A stretch of DNA of 64,000 nt from Antechinus flavipes. Lineage: Eukaryota. Each line of letters opens with the position of its first letter. The stretch's first letter is position 1. A model generated the notes under the pieces. That model was not told the DNA's origin. It saw only the letters and a program-made list of their open reading frames with translations, and made no database searches. Location of the stretch: the NCBI RefSeq assembly GCF_016432865.1, contig NC_067399.1:159030001-159094000 (forward strand), in the 5' to 3' direction. Shown one piece after another: positions 52,740-64,000 of the stretch. Position numbers and translations under genes: made by a program.

Positions 52740-53480
52740 TTTAGAAGTTATATCTATTTTACATCCATCAGACTGACAAAATTGGAAGAAAGGAAATGAC
52801 ACTTTAGAGGCACTTTAATTTATTATTTAATTTGCTATTGGTAGTAAGGCTGTCAATTGATACAACCATTCTGAAAAGCATTTTGGAACTATGCTACAGA
52901 GTTGGTAAACCATGTATATAGTTTTATGTGACCCAGCAATGAAAATATTAGGCCTATATTCCAAAGTGTTCAAAGAAAGAGGAAGAAAGCTTAAAAGTAC
53001 AAACATATTTATAGCAGCTCTTTTTGTAGAGGTGAAGGACCAGAAACTACATGATACCCATCAATTGCAGAATGGCTGAAAAAAGTACAACAGGGTGTGA
53101 ATGTAATGGAATACTATTAAGCTATAATGATAGATGGGATGATTTCAGAAAAATTTCAGAAGACTTGTATGAATTGTTATGAAGACCAATGAGCCAAATC
53201 AGAAGAAGTTTATAACAACATCAAGACAAAAACTTTTGAAAGACTTAAGAACTCTGATCGATGCAAAGCTCTACCTTGATGATAGAGGACTGAAGATGAA
53301 GAAGGCTCTCCACCTCCTAAAAGAAGATGATGAACTAAATAAGCAGAATCAGATCTACATTTTTGAATGTGACAATGTGAGTTTGTTTTGTTTGATTATT
53401 CATATTTCTTTTAAAAAAGAATTTCCTTTTCATTTAAGGAGATAGGATAGAGAGGAAATAAAAGTTTCTTATTTGTAAAA
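52740..53480 (+). mobile_element. Old L1 ORF2 C-terminus and 3' UTR
   Basis: caaccattctgaaaagcattttggaactatgc...aaacatatttatagcagctctttttgtag...tgaatgtaatggaatactatt. Confidence 0.85.
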
Positions 53481-53544
53481 AAAAAATTTTTAACTTACTC
53501 AAATGGTCTAATGGCCTTTCACTAGAAGCTAAACTTCAACAATT

Positions 53545-53995
53545 TCTTTTTTTTCTCGAGTATTTTATTTTTCCAATTACATGTAAAGATAGTTTTCAGC
53601 ATTCATTTTTCTAAGATTTTGAGTTCCAACTTTTTTCTTCCTTCCTTCCTTATCTTCCCTATCTCTAGAGAGCAAACAATCTGACATAAGTTATACATGT
53701 ATAATCATTTTAAACTTATTTCCATATTAGTCATGTCATAAAAGAAAAAAATCAGAAAAAAGGGGGAAAAATCATGACAAAGAAAAAGCAAACAAACAAA
53801 AACAGTAAAAATGTTATGATTCAATCGGCATTCAGTCTCCATAGTTCTCTCTCTAGATGCAGATGGTATTTTCCATACCAAATCTTGTGGCATTGTCTTG
53901 GATCACTATATTGCTGACAAGAATTAAGTCTATCACACTTGATTATAAGATGATCTTGCTGTTATTGTACACAATGTTCTCCTGGTTCTGATAAC
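53545..53995 (-). mobile_element. L1 3' end
   Basis: tattttatttttccaattacatgtaaagatagttttcagcattc...ttgtcttggatcactatattgctga. Confidence 0.85.
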
Positions 53996-55679
53996 CTCTA
54001 AGCATCATAAATTTTAAAACTTTCATCAAACATTAATTCTCTGGTTAATAACCACACAGCATCTCCCAGTAATTATTTACATTTAAAAATATTTATTTTA
54101 TTCTGAACTTAAGAAATAAAACAAGCATTTCTATTATATAGTAGAATAAAAAAAATTATTGCACATGAAACTGCAACTCTATTATGTCAACTTAAATTAT
54201 GTTAAAAGACTTAACAAAATTATTATATAACTTTTTCTTCTTTTTTTCTTCCCCCCACTCTAGAAATTGCTATCATTAAACACAAAAGACTTAATATTAT
54301 CAAGGTAAAATTTGTCGATCCATAGACTATAAACAAAGGGGCAAATTCAAGGAATTTTTCCTAAAATAAAAATAAAATATAATTTGAAATTGAATATTGT
54401 ACAATATTTTTAAAAGTATGTTTCTGACACATTTTTTGGCTTATTAAAAATATGGCTTGGCTCTCTGGAATAATATTGCACTTTCTTTCCAATTCTTTGG
54501 ATTTCCAGATAGTACTTTATCTCTACTTGAGGGCCAGGTTTCAATATATCTCTTCTCCCCCAAAATCATTTCATACATTTGGCAACAGCCCAACTGGCTA
54601 TGATTAAAAACAAATCATTCAGACACTGGCAAAGTAATGTAACTTGAAGATGCTTTATTTATGAGTGAAAATCATGGAGGACTTAATAGTTGAAGGTTTA
54701 TACATTAAGAGTGTATGAAACATGACAGTGAATGAGATGAATTTTCAAATGAGGTTAAAATGATCCTGAAAGCATTCATTCCTTTCAGTACAATTAAAAT
54801 ATACATTGTGTACTCCTTAACCCACCAATATATGTATGAGATACCTAATATTTTCTGCTAATGATAATGGTTATTTTCATGCAACTACCCTTAGGGGACA
54901 AATTACATTCTAATTTAAAGACCATTTATATAGTACTAACAAATGCCCCACATTTGTATATTCAGGCAATATTTGGTCCCCACTTCTGAATTAGAAGAGC
55001 AGGATGATATTCTGAGTGGGAGAATAAGGGCAAAACTGAAAGGGAGTTGTATAGTACTTCCCCAGGGGGCAGGATTTTCCACTGCTAATTACCATCACTT
55101 GACACAACTGCAAGGTTTTTACACACCATATGATCCCAAGGAATAAGTGTCAAAAAACATTATACTCCATCAAGCTAAAAAGCTCACACCTTCAGAAAGG
55201 CCAAACAAGTCCTTTGTTCTAGGCTGGCTAGTGATAAGTATGGTGATGCTGATTGTGTTTCCATTGCAACCCAGTCATTAGAACAATTCAAGGTAGCCTT
55301 TTTTAAATTTAAGGTTGGTGGTGTTTTATTTGTGTGGTTTTTTCCCCTAATCTGACGTTTTAATTTTAAAGGACCCATATAATATAGGAAATTATTATGC
55401 TAATATCTGATTTGTTTTTCTTTTTAAATGTAACTATGATAAGCAACTAGAACAAATAAACTGTCCCTTAAGAGGTAAGTAAATAATCCTTTATGCTAGG
55501 TAGGCTAAATCTCATTGGCTGCTAAAGATATTGTCAATTTCCTCTTTCTAGGCACTAAATGGTAAATTACATGATTTGCCATATGTCATTTGCACAAGCA
55601 AATAGCTCTTACGAACATTTATTGCACTGTCTACCTCAAACAAAACCCATCTTACACCAAGAGACTACTAGATATTGTT

Positions 55680-56030
55680 ACAAAATCACAGAATCTCAAA
55701 TTGTAAAGGACATTTGAGGCTATGAGGTCTAATTCATATCTGGAAAAAAAATCCTTTCTATAACATATTTGACAAATGTGTCTTTGCTTAAGGAGCTCCA
55801 GGGAAAAGGAACTCAACTTCCTAAAGCAGTTCATTCCATTATAGGCTACCTTACTATTAGGAAATTTTTCCTTATACTAGTACCTAAATTTGTGTCTATG
55901 AAACTCATACTTCACTTACTCGAGATTTTCCTTCACAGATTAAATTTATCTTTTTTTCCATGTGAAAGCCCTTTGCTTGAAGATAACTATTAAGCCTGTC
56001 CCTCTCTTCCTTAACCTCACATCTTTCTCT
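55680..56030 (-). mobile_element. L3/CR1 3' end
   Basis: tcacagaatctcaaattgtaaagg...ttccattataggctacc...ttaggaaatttttccttata. Confidence 0.65.
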
Positions 56031-57499
56031 TTTTCATTTCAAACTTTTCTATTTCCTAGATTCTAATAATTTCATTTAGAGATATGTAAGGGGAAAAAAT
56101 GTTTATCTGCTGCCTGCCATTTCCAATTAGGAGTCAGTGGTTCTTCTCCTGGAGCAGCAGTCCAGGCTCAGGTTTGTTTAAAAACAAAAATTAGGTAAGA
56201 AGATAAAGGAGTTTCTCTTTTCTTTGCATTCACAGGGACGTGACTTCTACTGGCATAGAGGGAAAAGGGAATGCCTTGGAGTATTCACCAAAGGACAAAT
56301 AGAAATCTGAACAATTGATTGAGACACAGACCCAAATGTTTGTATTATTTTTTTCTCAGGGAAAGGTTTGCACACATTTGACACTCACACTTGTCATTCA
56401 GAATGAAGATTCATGAGGAAACTGTGAGTGAAATGCTGGTGTCTGAGAACATTTCATGCTAACTGAGAGACATTATCCAAGGAGTGTGAGACCCTTGTCT
56501 TGACAGATAGAGTTGGTAATCAAACTTGACGGTACAAGTATATTTTTCTACAAAATTATTACCCTTTGGTTTCCAGGCACATCTCCATTTATAGACCTCG
56601 GCTCCTCTGTTCATAAGACACACTCACTTTGTCAGAACACGTCACTAACACTTTGAAGAATGGATACGTTCACTCTCAGTGTGGCTCAAAAACATTTAGA
56701 CTGAGAGACTGCAGCTTATATAAAACTTTGCCCTTTGATCCTCCATGAAACCCTCAACAGTGATTAGTCCTTTTACCCTCCTTCACATGAGAATCTAGAC
56801 AATCACTAGATTTTAGAAGAATTTAAGTCTGACAGGATCAATGATATCATATGTCTCCTGTGAAGTTGCCTTTCCAATGGCTGCCATATACTAGGCAGGG
56901 AGAATGATAGAAAGTATATGTTGCTCCAGCAAAGAGTGATTTTATAATGCAGCTTCCAAAGTCATGGAAATAAAGGAAATTTCAAGAAAATGCTCAAGAA
57001 AATAGAAGATTAATAGCATTCTATTAAAAATTGTTTTCATGTCAACCAAGCAACTGTATTTACCCAAACTGATTTTAATTGTATTCTCCTCTGAAAGACA
57101 AATAGGCAGTAATGATAACAACAATAATAATATGCATGTATACATACATAACTTATTAATATATATTAATAATTATTGATATTTTATCTTTCATATAATA
57201 AAGGAAAACTAAATACAAAGAAATCACAGCTGGAGAATAATTTGTGCCAGGATAATTTCCCATCTATATCCAACTGAAAAAGGTCAGAATGAGATTGATA
57301 ATGATGATGATGATAGTAATAAGAGATTGTCTTTTAAAAGACTCAATTTTGAAACCAGGAGTAGGTTCAAGCTGGTCTCCCTAAGTTAACTCCATTTCAC
57401 CCTTACTACAGTGGAAATGTTGGTTGGGTTCGTATGTTATATGTCATATATTGTTTATCATCTTTTTTGTGCTTATCATCAAGTAAAATTAATTCCATT

Positions 57500-57685
57500 T
57501 CAGGGAGCTTGTGATATCTTTGTTCATGTCATGAGCTGCCTTGGGAGGCAATAGACTTACCCTCACTAGAGGTCTTGAGACAAAAGCTGGAAAACCATAT
57601 GGATAGAAGTTGTCAGGAATTCTTGTCCAAGTATGAATTGGTCTGTGGTGTTTCTCGGGTCCCCTGATAGGTCTGAAGTTCTGAT
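57500..57685 (+). mobile_element. L3/CR1 3' end
   Basis: gagctgccttgggaggcaatag...ccctcactagaggtcttgagac...ggtccc...gttctga. Confidence 0.65.
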
Positions 57686-59294
57686 AAAAGTTGAATTTGC
57701 ATTTTTATACTCTGGAATAACATACCTAAACTCATCCACTGGGAATCACTCATTCATTCATATACTTATGAAAATTATAACTGAAGGAAATTTGAAAACC
57801 AAGTATTCATTGCACATCCTTTGTGCCTAGTACTATGATATATGGGATAGAAAAGAAATAAAATGACATAATCCTACCTTTAAGGAGCTTAGAGTTACAA
57901 TGGATAGACTAGTGTAAAGATGAGTGCCAGGGATCCCCCGAGCTAAAAGAATTAAGGAAAGGACTCAAGGCAATCATCTGCCTTTTGTCCCACATCCAGG
58001 GCCTGACACACATGTTATGAAGTCACTACTTGGTCTTCTTAGTTGGATTTGGCTCTGGCTACATAAATTTAGAAGAACATACAGGCTATTCATTCAGGCC
58101 CAGTATAACATGTCATCCATTCTAATTACCACTTTATTGTTGGTAATAGCTATTATTCTTTTGCTATGAGGTCAAATTGAGAAGGAGGGGTGATTCTTTT
58201 GGTAGGCCTTGGATAATCATGGATTCCTCCTCCCTTAATCAACTTAATCTGTGGTCTCTGGCCCTGCACTAAAAAGGAGGGTGGATTGACTTTTTTTAAA
58301 AAGCTCTTTCAAACAAACAACCACCAACAATCATTTAAACTTCTTGCCTTCATTCTTAATTCTCATCTTCATTTTCAGGGTAATTTGCAATTTGGATAGT
58401 GCACCCATCCATACACATATGCATATAAACTCACATGAGACTAAGCGATGGATGAAAATGGGACTTGAATTTCTGCCATTCCTAAGGCCAGACTCTTCTT
58501 CCTTCTTACTCTTCTTAATCACTGTGATTTCTTTACCAAAAAAAATATTAAGTTTTCTACAACAGTTGTATGTTATTTTTTTGGTTGGGAGTGAGAGGGA
58601 AAATGAAAGAAAGAAAATTAATAGTAATAAATTAAAAATTAGTATAGCAACATCATATGTTCCAGGAAGCAAACTCTTTTTCTAAATCTCAACTCCTCCC
58701 CACAAAAGTATTAACAAATGTCTCTGTGAACAAGAGAGAAATGTTAAGATACCCACAAATAGCAAAGGTAGAAAATTTCTCAATCTCATGGGGAAACTTC
58801 CTGCTTTCGATAAAACCAGCTCTTTTCAATATTCTTCTAAGATGGAACATGCTTATTCTTCACCTCTACTTATGAGAATCCCTCCCTTCCTTCAAAGTTT
58901 GGATCAAAATCAATCTTTCACAAGAGGCCTTTCCTGATCCCACCAGCTGTTAGTGCCTCTTGATTAAATTACCTTGAATGTGACTTGCATAACTTTTGTA
59001 CATATTTGCATATATTTTGCATGAAAGATAAAGATAACATGGCATAGTGGACAGAGAGCTGGCCTAGAAGTTAAGAAGCCTTGAGTTCAAGTACTGTTTC
59101 TGAAATATACTGGTGTGTGTTAACATTAGACTAACCATTTAAATTCTCATTGTTCTAGACATCTAATAAGATAGGTTGTGGAGAAAATACCAGCATGTAC
59201 TGATAGAGTGAGTTATCTAATATGGGATTTTCCTAAATCAATGAAATCACAGGTTTCAATTTCTTTATTTTTGTACATATTTCTAGGCCTCTAG

Positions 59295-60305
59295 TATCAA
59301 ATACAAAATGTTCTTCTTGGCAAACAAAGTTCTTTATAACCTAGATGCTTCCCCACTTTCCAATATTCTCTACCATGTACTCTTTGATCCAAGTATATGC
59401 CACATATATTTCTAATATACTCTCCATCATGAATTCTTCTACCCAATGATGCTGGCCTCCGGTAGTTTTGCAGACAAGTCACTTCACTTCCCGGCTCTGG
59501 TTATTTTCTCTGACTGCCCCCTATGCCAGGATCACTCTCCCTCCTCATCTCTGCTTCCTGGCTTTTTTTTTTTTTTTAGCTTCCTTCAGATCCAACTAGA
59601 GGAAATTCAAATCCTCCCTCTAGGGAAAAAAAAAAAAAAGCTTTTCCTAATTCTTCTTAATTATAGTGCTTCCCCTGTGTTAATTATTTCCTATTTAATG
59701 TGTACATAGCTTATCTGTGCGTGTATAGTTGCTTCTCTTATATTTGCTCATTGTCTTCTTCATTAGATTGTGTTCCCCTATACGAAGGTAATAGAATATT
59801 ATTGTTCTATAAAAATGATGAACAAGCTGATTTTAGGAATACCTGGAAAGATTTATATGAACTGAGGCTAAGTTAAACAAGCAGAAGTAGAAACATATTG
59901 TAACAGCAAGAATGTGCAATGATCAACTATTAAGAGGCTTGGTTCTTCTCAGTGGTTCAGTGATCCAATGCAATCCCAATAGGCTTTGGACAGAAAATAC
60001 CATCAGCATCCAGAAAAAAAAAATATGGAGATTGAATGTAAATCAATACATGCTATGTGCGCTTTTTCGCCCCCTCTCATATAGTTTTTCACTTTTGCTC
60101 TGATTTTTCTCTCCCAACATGATTCCTAAAGCAATGTGTATTTAATAAATACATTTTAATAATATTATTTAGATTGTAAAGCCCTTGAAGCCAGGAATAT
60201 CTTTTGTCAGGATTGAAGGAGGAGGAATCCCAAATAGTTCATTGCCTAACCTAGTGCCAGCATGAAGTAGGTATTTAATAAATGCTTACTTATTGATTGA
60301 TTGAT
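59295..60305 (+). mobile_element. L2 3' region split by a 5'-truncated L1 (59772-60168)
   Basis: L2 tatcaaatacaaaatgttc...ggcttccttc; L1 3' end ctattgttctataaaaatgatga...; ttagattgt flanks both sides (59763-59771, 60169-60177). Confidence 0.7.
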
Positions 60306-60784
60306 TGAATCAATTAAACTGAGATACAGGAGGATTTTTAAAAATTGTTAAAGCTCACAAAGCTTGAATGGAATCCTAGAGTCAATGAACAAATGATATG
60401 TGAAATGAAGGACTCAGATTAGAAAACCTTTAAAGGAACTTCTAGCTTTCAATCAGAGAATCTTGGTTCAAGACCTGATCTACTCCCCACTCATTAATGT
60501 ACTATGGCAAGTCATTTGATGTCAGAAGCTTTCAATTTTCTTATGTATGAAAGGAGGAGATTGGGCTAAATACTCTTTAGAATCCCTGTGAGCCTGATAG
60601 CTGACTAGTAATCTCAGCCACAGCTATTCTCTATTCTTTTTCTCACCTTTACTTGTGTTATATTCCTGTTTTTTTTTTTTTTAATCTCAAGTGCCTGTAT
60701 AATTATGGACAAATCCTCTATCTCCTAAAATCATCAGAGATCACAGGTTTTAGTAATGGAATGGACCTTAGAGATCATCTAGTT

Positions 60785-60973
60785 CAGGGCTTCTTAAACT
60801 TTTCCCACTTATGATCCCTTTTCATTTGATAATTTTTTACATGACTTTGGGTATATAGGCATATAAAGTAGGTATACAAATCAAACATTTGCTGCTAATA
60901 AATCATCATTTCACAAGCCCCATATTCAATTACAAGACTCATATGGGGTCATAACCCAGTTTAAAAAGCTGGG
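60785..60973 (+). mobile_element. hAT-Charlie MITE inserted into a MIR3-type SINE
   Basis: TIR-like cagggcttcttaaact ... agtttaaaaagctggg; 8-bp TSD atctagtt (60777-60784) / atctagtc (60974-60981). Confidence 0.8.
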
Positions 60974-61354
60974 ATCTAGTCCAATATTCTTATTTTACAT
61001 ATAAGAAATCTGATGGCTAAAACCATTAAGTGGCTTAGCCAAAGTATACAGGCAGTGAGTAGAAGAAGTAGAATTCAAATTCAGGTCCCTTGACTTCTAA
61101 TTCATTGTTTTATGTGTTATTGTCTCATTTTTTTTCAGCTTTCAAATATAGATACTAATTAGCAATATTATAGCATTTCAGATTGAAAGAGATCTCAGTA
61201 GTTGACTTGCTCAGGTTCATACAGTTAGTAAATATCTGAGGTTGGATTTCAACTGAATCCAGGGCTAATGCTCTAACCACTGTATCACCTAGCTGCCCCA
61301 CTAGCCACATTTTTCAACTATACTTAAGAAGAACCAATAAGTAATCCTCTAGAA

Positions 61355-61559
61355 CAATGGTGTTAAATTCACATAGAAAAAAGAGGGGGCATACATCTAT
61401 ATTTAAGGTCCCTATAGGCCACATATTGATTTAGTCTTAAATTTTAATGCTATCTATGTTCTATTGCATTTTTATTTTGTTAGGTATTTTCAATTACATT
61501 TTAATCTGGTTGTGGCAGCTTTCTGGGGTATTACAGGCAGTCTATAGTACATATCCCTG
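61355..61559. mobile_element. hAT-Charlie MITE, same family as 48412-48824 in opposite orientation
   Basis: caatggtgttaaattcacatagaaa...caattacattttaatctgg; flanks ctctagaa / acctagac. Confidence 0.65.
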
Positions 61560-61719
61560 ACCTAGACTTTCCTTGAAATTCTTTAAGAAAGGGGAATCTG
61601 CTTCTTCCCGAGACAACCCAATTCACTTTTCTATTGGAACCCAGAACTTTTTTTAATCCAGATGTGGACGAAACACTGGGAATAGAGTTAATGATATATA
61701 AATTCATATTTGGCATCAA

Positions 61720-61885
61720 ACAATTAGTTCTGTGACCCTGGACAAGTCATTAAACCCTGCTTTCCTTGCTTTTGTCTTCTGTAAAATGAGCCAGAGAAGG
61801 AAATGGCATCACTCCAGATGATGTGAAACCCCAGAGAAGCTGAGGAAGAGTCAAAAATGACTGAAATGACTGAATAACAACAATA
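61720..61885 (+). mobile_element. MAR1-type SINE; another minus-strand copy at ~62615-62830
   Basis: gtgaccctggacaagtc...gagaaggaaatggc...gagtcaaaaatgactgaaatgactgaataacaac. Confidence 0.75.
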
Positions 61886-63048
61886 ATTCACCCAAACTCA
61901 TAGAACTGGGATAGGATGAGCAAAGTTTACAAAGAAAAGGATGCTAAATAGAAAGAAAAAAGGGATCAAAACTAAATATTTCTGCTTTGTCTATTCTGTT
62001 TTCCATATGGTCTACAGAAGAGGGAGGGAGAAGAAAAGGAAACATTGGAAAACGAATGGGATTTCTGTAAATGGGGACTCTATTACAGGCAGATTTGTTT
62101 TTAGAATCACTCCACAAAGGAGAAAAATAGCTGCCCAGTAAGAAATAATGGGTGGGTAATGTTGATTATTAATTCAGTTGGAATAAACCCAAGGGACATA
62201 GTTCAGATCTCAAGAAGTTTGATGTTTGATGTAAGTTTCAAGTCTTTAGAGGAACTGGATTTATTTTGGAGAATGTATTAGAAGAAAATGACCAATATTG
62301 TTAGGAGAACACTGTGGTGATCCCACTGAACAGACCAAGGTCATGAACTCAATTAGCTGTGATCAAGAATGAAGCAGAGATTATGGAAGATATGGGACTT
62401 AATAACACAAATGTTTTTTAATGTAATAACATTCCCAGTAAAAGTAGTTGGCATGCTTTAGTTTTACATAAGGAATATAGGGTGAAGTAGATATATGAAT
62501 TTCTAACTCTAATTTTGGAATTCGAAAAGACCTAAGAAATCATCTGATCCAAATCTCTCAATTTATGGATGACAAAAACATGGCCGACAGGATAGGACAT
62601 TAAATTCTGATAAGGAATTTGTTATTCAGTTGTTTCGATCAATTCTGATTGTTTGTGATCTCATTTGGATTTTTCTTGGCAAAGATACTGGAGTGATTTG
62701 CCATTTTTCTCTAGTTCATTTTACAGATAAGGAAATGGAAATAAATAGGGGTAAGTGATTTGCCCAGGGTCACACACATAGTAAGTATCTGAAGCCAGAT
62801 CTGAATTCAAGAAGATAACTTCCAAGAGTCAGGAATATCTGGATCCAGATTCTGCCCAATATACTTGCTAGTTTATATGACCTTGGGCATATAGAGTTAG
62901 CATAAAAAATTAAAATTTTTGCCTCAATTTCTTCACTTGTAAAATGAGGATAATAATAGCACATACTTTCCAAAGTAGTCGTGAGGATCAAATGAGATAA
63001 TAATTGTAAAATGCTAAGCATAGTGCTGGCACATATTATACCATAAAA

Positions 63049-63053
<5 letters not shown>

Positions 63054-63105
<52 letters not shown>
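63054..63105. repeat. (CA)n(TA)n microsatellite; (CA)n also at ~31518-31557
   Basis: Direct reading. Confidence 0.95.
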
Positions 63106-63106
<1 letters not shown>

Positions 63107-63739
63107 GTATGCTACTATTTACATGTTACTATCTATATATACATGTAATGTGACTTTTGCTATATACATATTATATAAAATTATTTTATTGTTAAATTTA
63201 GTTTTTTAGCTCAAGGTTGAGAGCTAAAAGAGACCCTAAGAGATCATATTATTCAAATCTTTCATTTTATTGATGAGCAAAGCATGGCAGAAAGCATTGG
63301 ATTTTGAATCTGGAATATCTGAGCCCAAATTCTGCCCAAGGTACTTGCTAAGTATGTGACTCTGGACAAATCGCTTAACTATTCCTGCTTCAGTTTCTTC
63401 ATGTGTACAAAAAGAAGGAGCCTTGGACTCAACAGACCTTCCAAGATCTAAATCTACGATCTTATTATCATAAGATAATATAGAGATGAAGGGCTTTGCT
63501 CAAGTCACAGAGATAGTAAATAACAGAGCTGACATCTGAACTGTATTGCCTCTGCACAAATATAAGGTCCTTTTCATTGCCCTACAATGGAGCTGAACTC
63601 CAACTACCAGGGAATTTTTGCTGCTGGTACAATATAGAGTCACACTATACATTGACTAAAATCCATCTGTATGTAATATATAGTCATGAAAAATACTTTA
63701 GGTATAGAAAAAGAGGGCATAGCAGTAACTCCTGGGGGA

Positions 63740-64000
63740 CAGAGAAGAGAAAGAGAGAAAGAATTACAGCTGTGCCTGATTGAAGAGCTCAGAATGAAAG
63801 AGGAAGAGAAAGAACAGAACATCTGGCTCAAAGAATGTGAGAGTGTATGTTGTGGCTAAAAGAGAAGAAAGCACAAGACAGGGATGTTGGAAACATACCA
63901 AGGAGGAAAATATGATGGATGGATATTATATTAGGATGGCGAAAATGAAAAGAAGAACAAATAAAATGAGGAGGGATGGCAAGAGGTTCAATAACAAAAA
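63740..64000 (-). mobile_element. L2 fragment running to the window end
   Basis: Purine-rich gagaagagaaagagagaaagaa...tgattgaagagctcagaatg pattern of reverse L2 ORF2. Confidence 0.5.

Noticed and set aside
55257-55270. RFX X-box-like GTTTCCATTGCAAC
   Set aside because: Single imperfect motif with no promoter context.
1-64000. tRNA genes, snRNA copies, NUMTs, CRISPR arrays, prokaryotic systems
   Set aside because: tRNA-like A/B boxes all belong to SINE heads. I recognised no snRNA or mitochondrial sequence and no regular repeat-spacer array, and the DNA is clearly mammalian.

Overview
AT-rich, CpG-depleted mammalian genomic DNA. The repeat set (MAR1, WSINE1-like and RTE-tailed CORE-SINEs, MIR/MIR3, L2, L3/CR1, RTE-BovB tails, HAL1, marsupial-type L1 3' ends, hAT MITEs) indicates a marsupial, probably a dasyurid. 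I find no supportable host protein-coding exon, RNA gene or CRISPR array; the window looks intronic or intergenic and has four N gaps. The main discovery is a decayed, frameshifted ~0.8 kb segment at ~5.73-6.53 kb whose + strand translation matches, motif by motif and in order, the N-terminal ~350 aa of the bornavirus L polymerase (candidate endogenous bornavirus-like L element, EBLL). It is invisible in the ORF track because of stops and frameshifts. Other items: a 151-bp ungapped 85%-identical inverted repeat (48100-48250 / 49696-49846) enclosing a three-level transposon nest, a 126-bp 86%-identical direct duplication 2.1 kb apart, an exact 67-bp tandem duplication, and several CpG-retaining unique islands that may be conserved regulatory elements. 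Repeat family names and viral protein comparisons come from recalled consensus sequences, not database searches, and most repeat boundaries are approximate (tens of bp).
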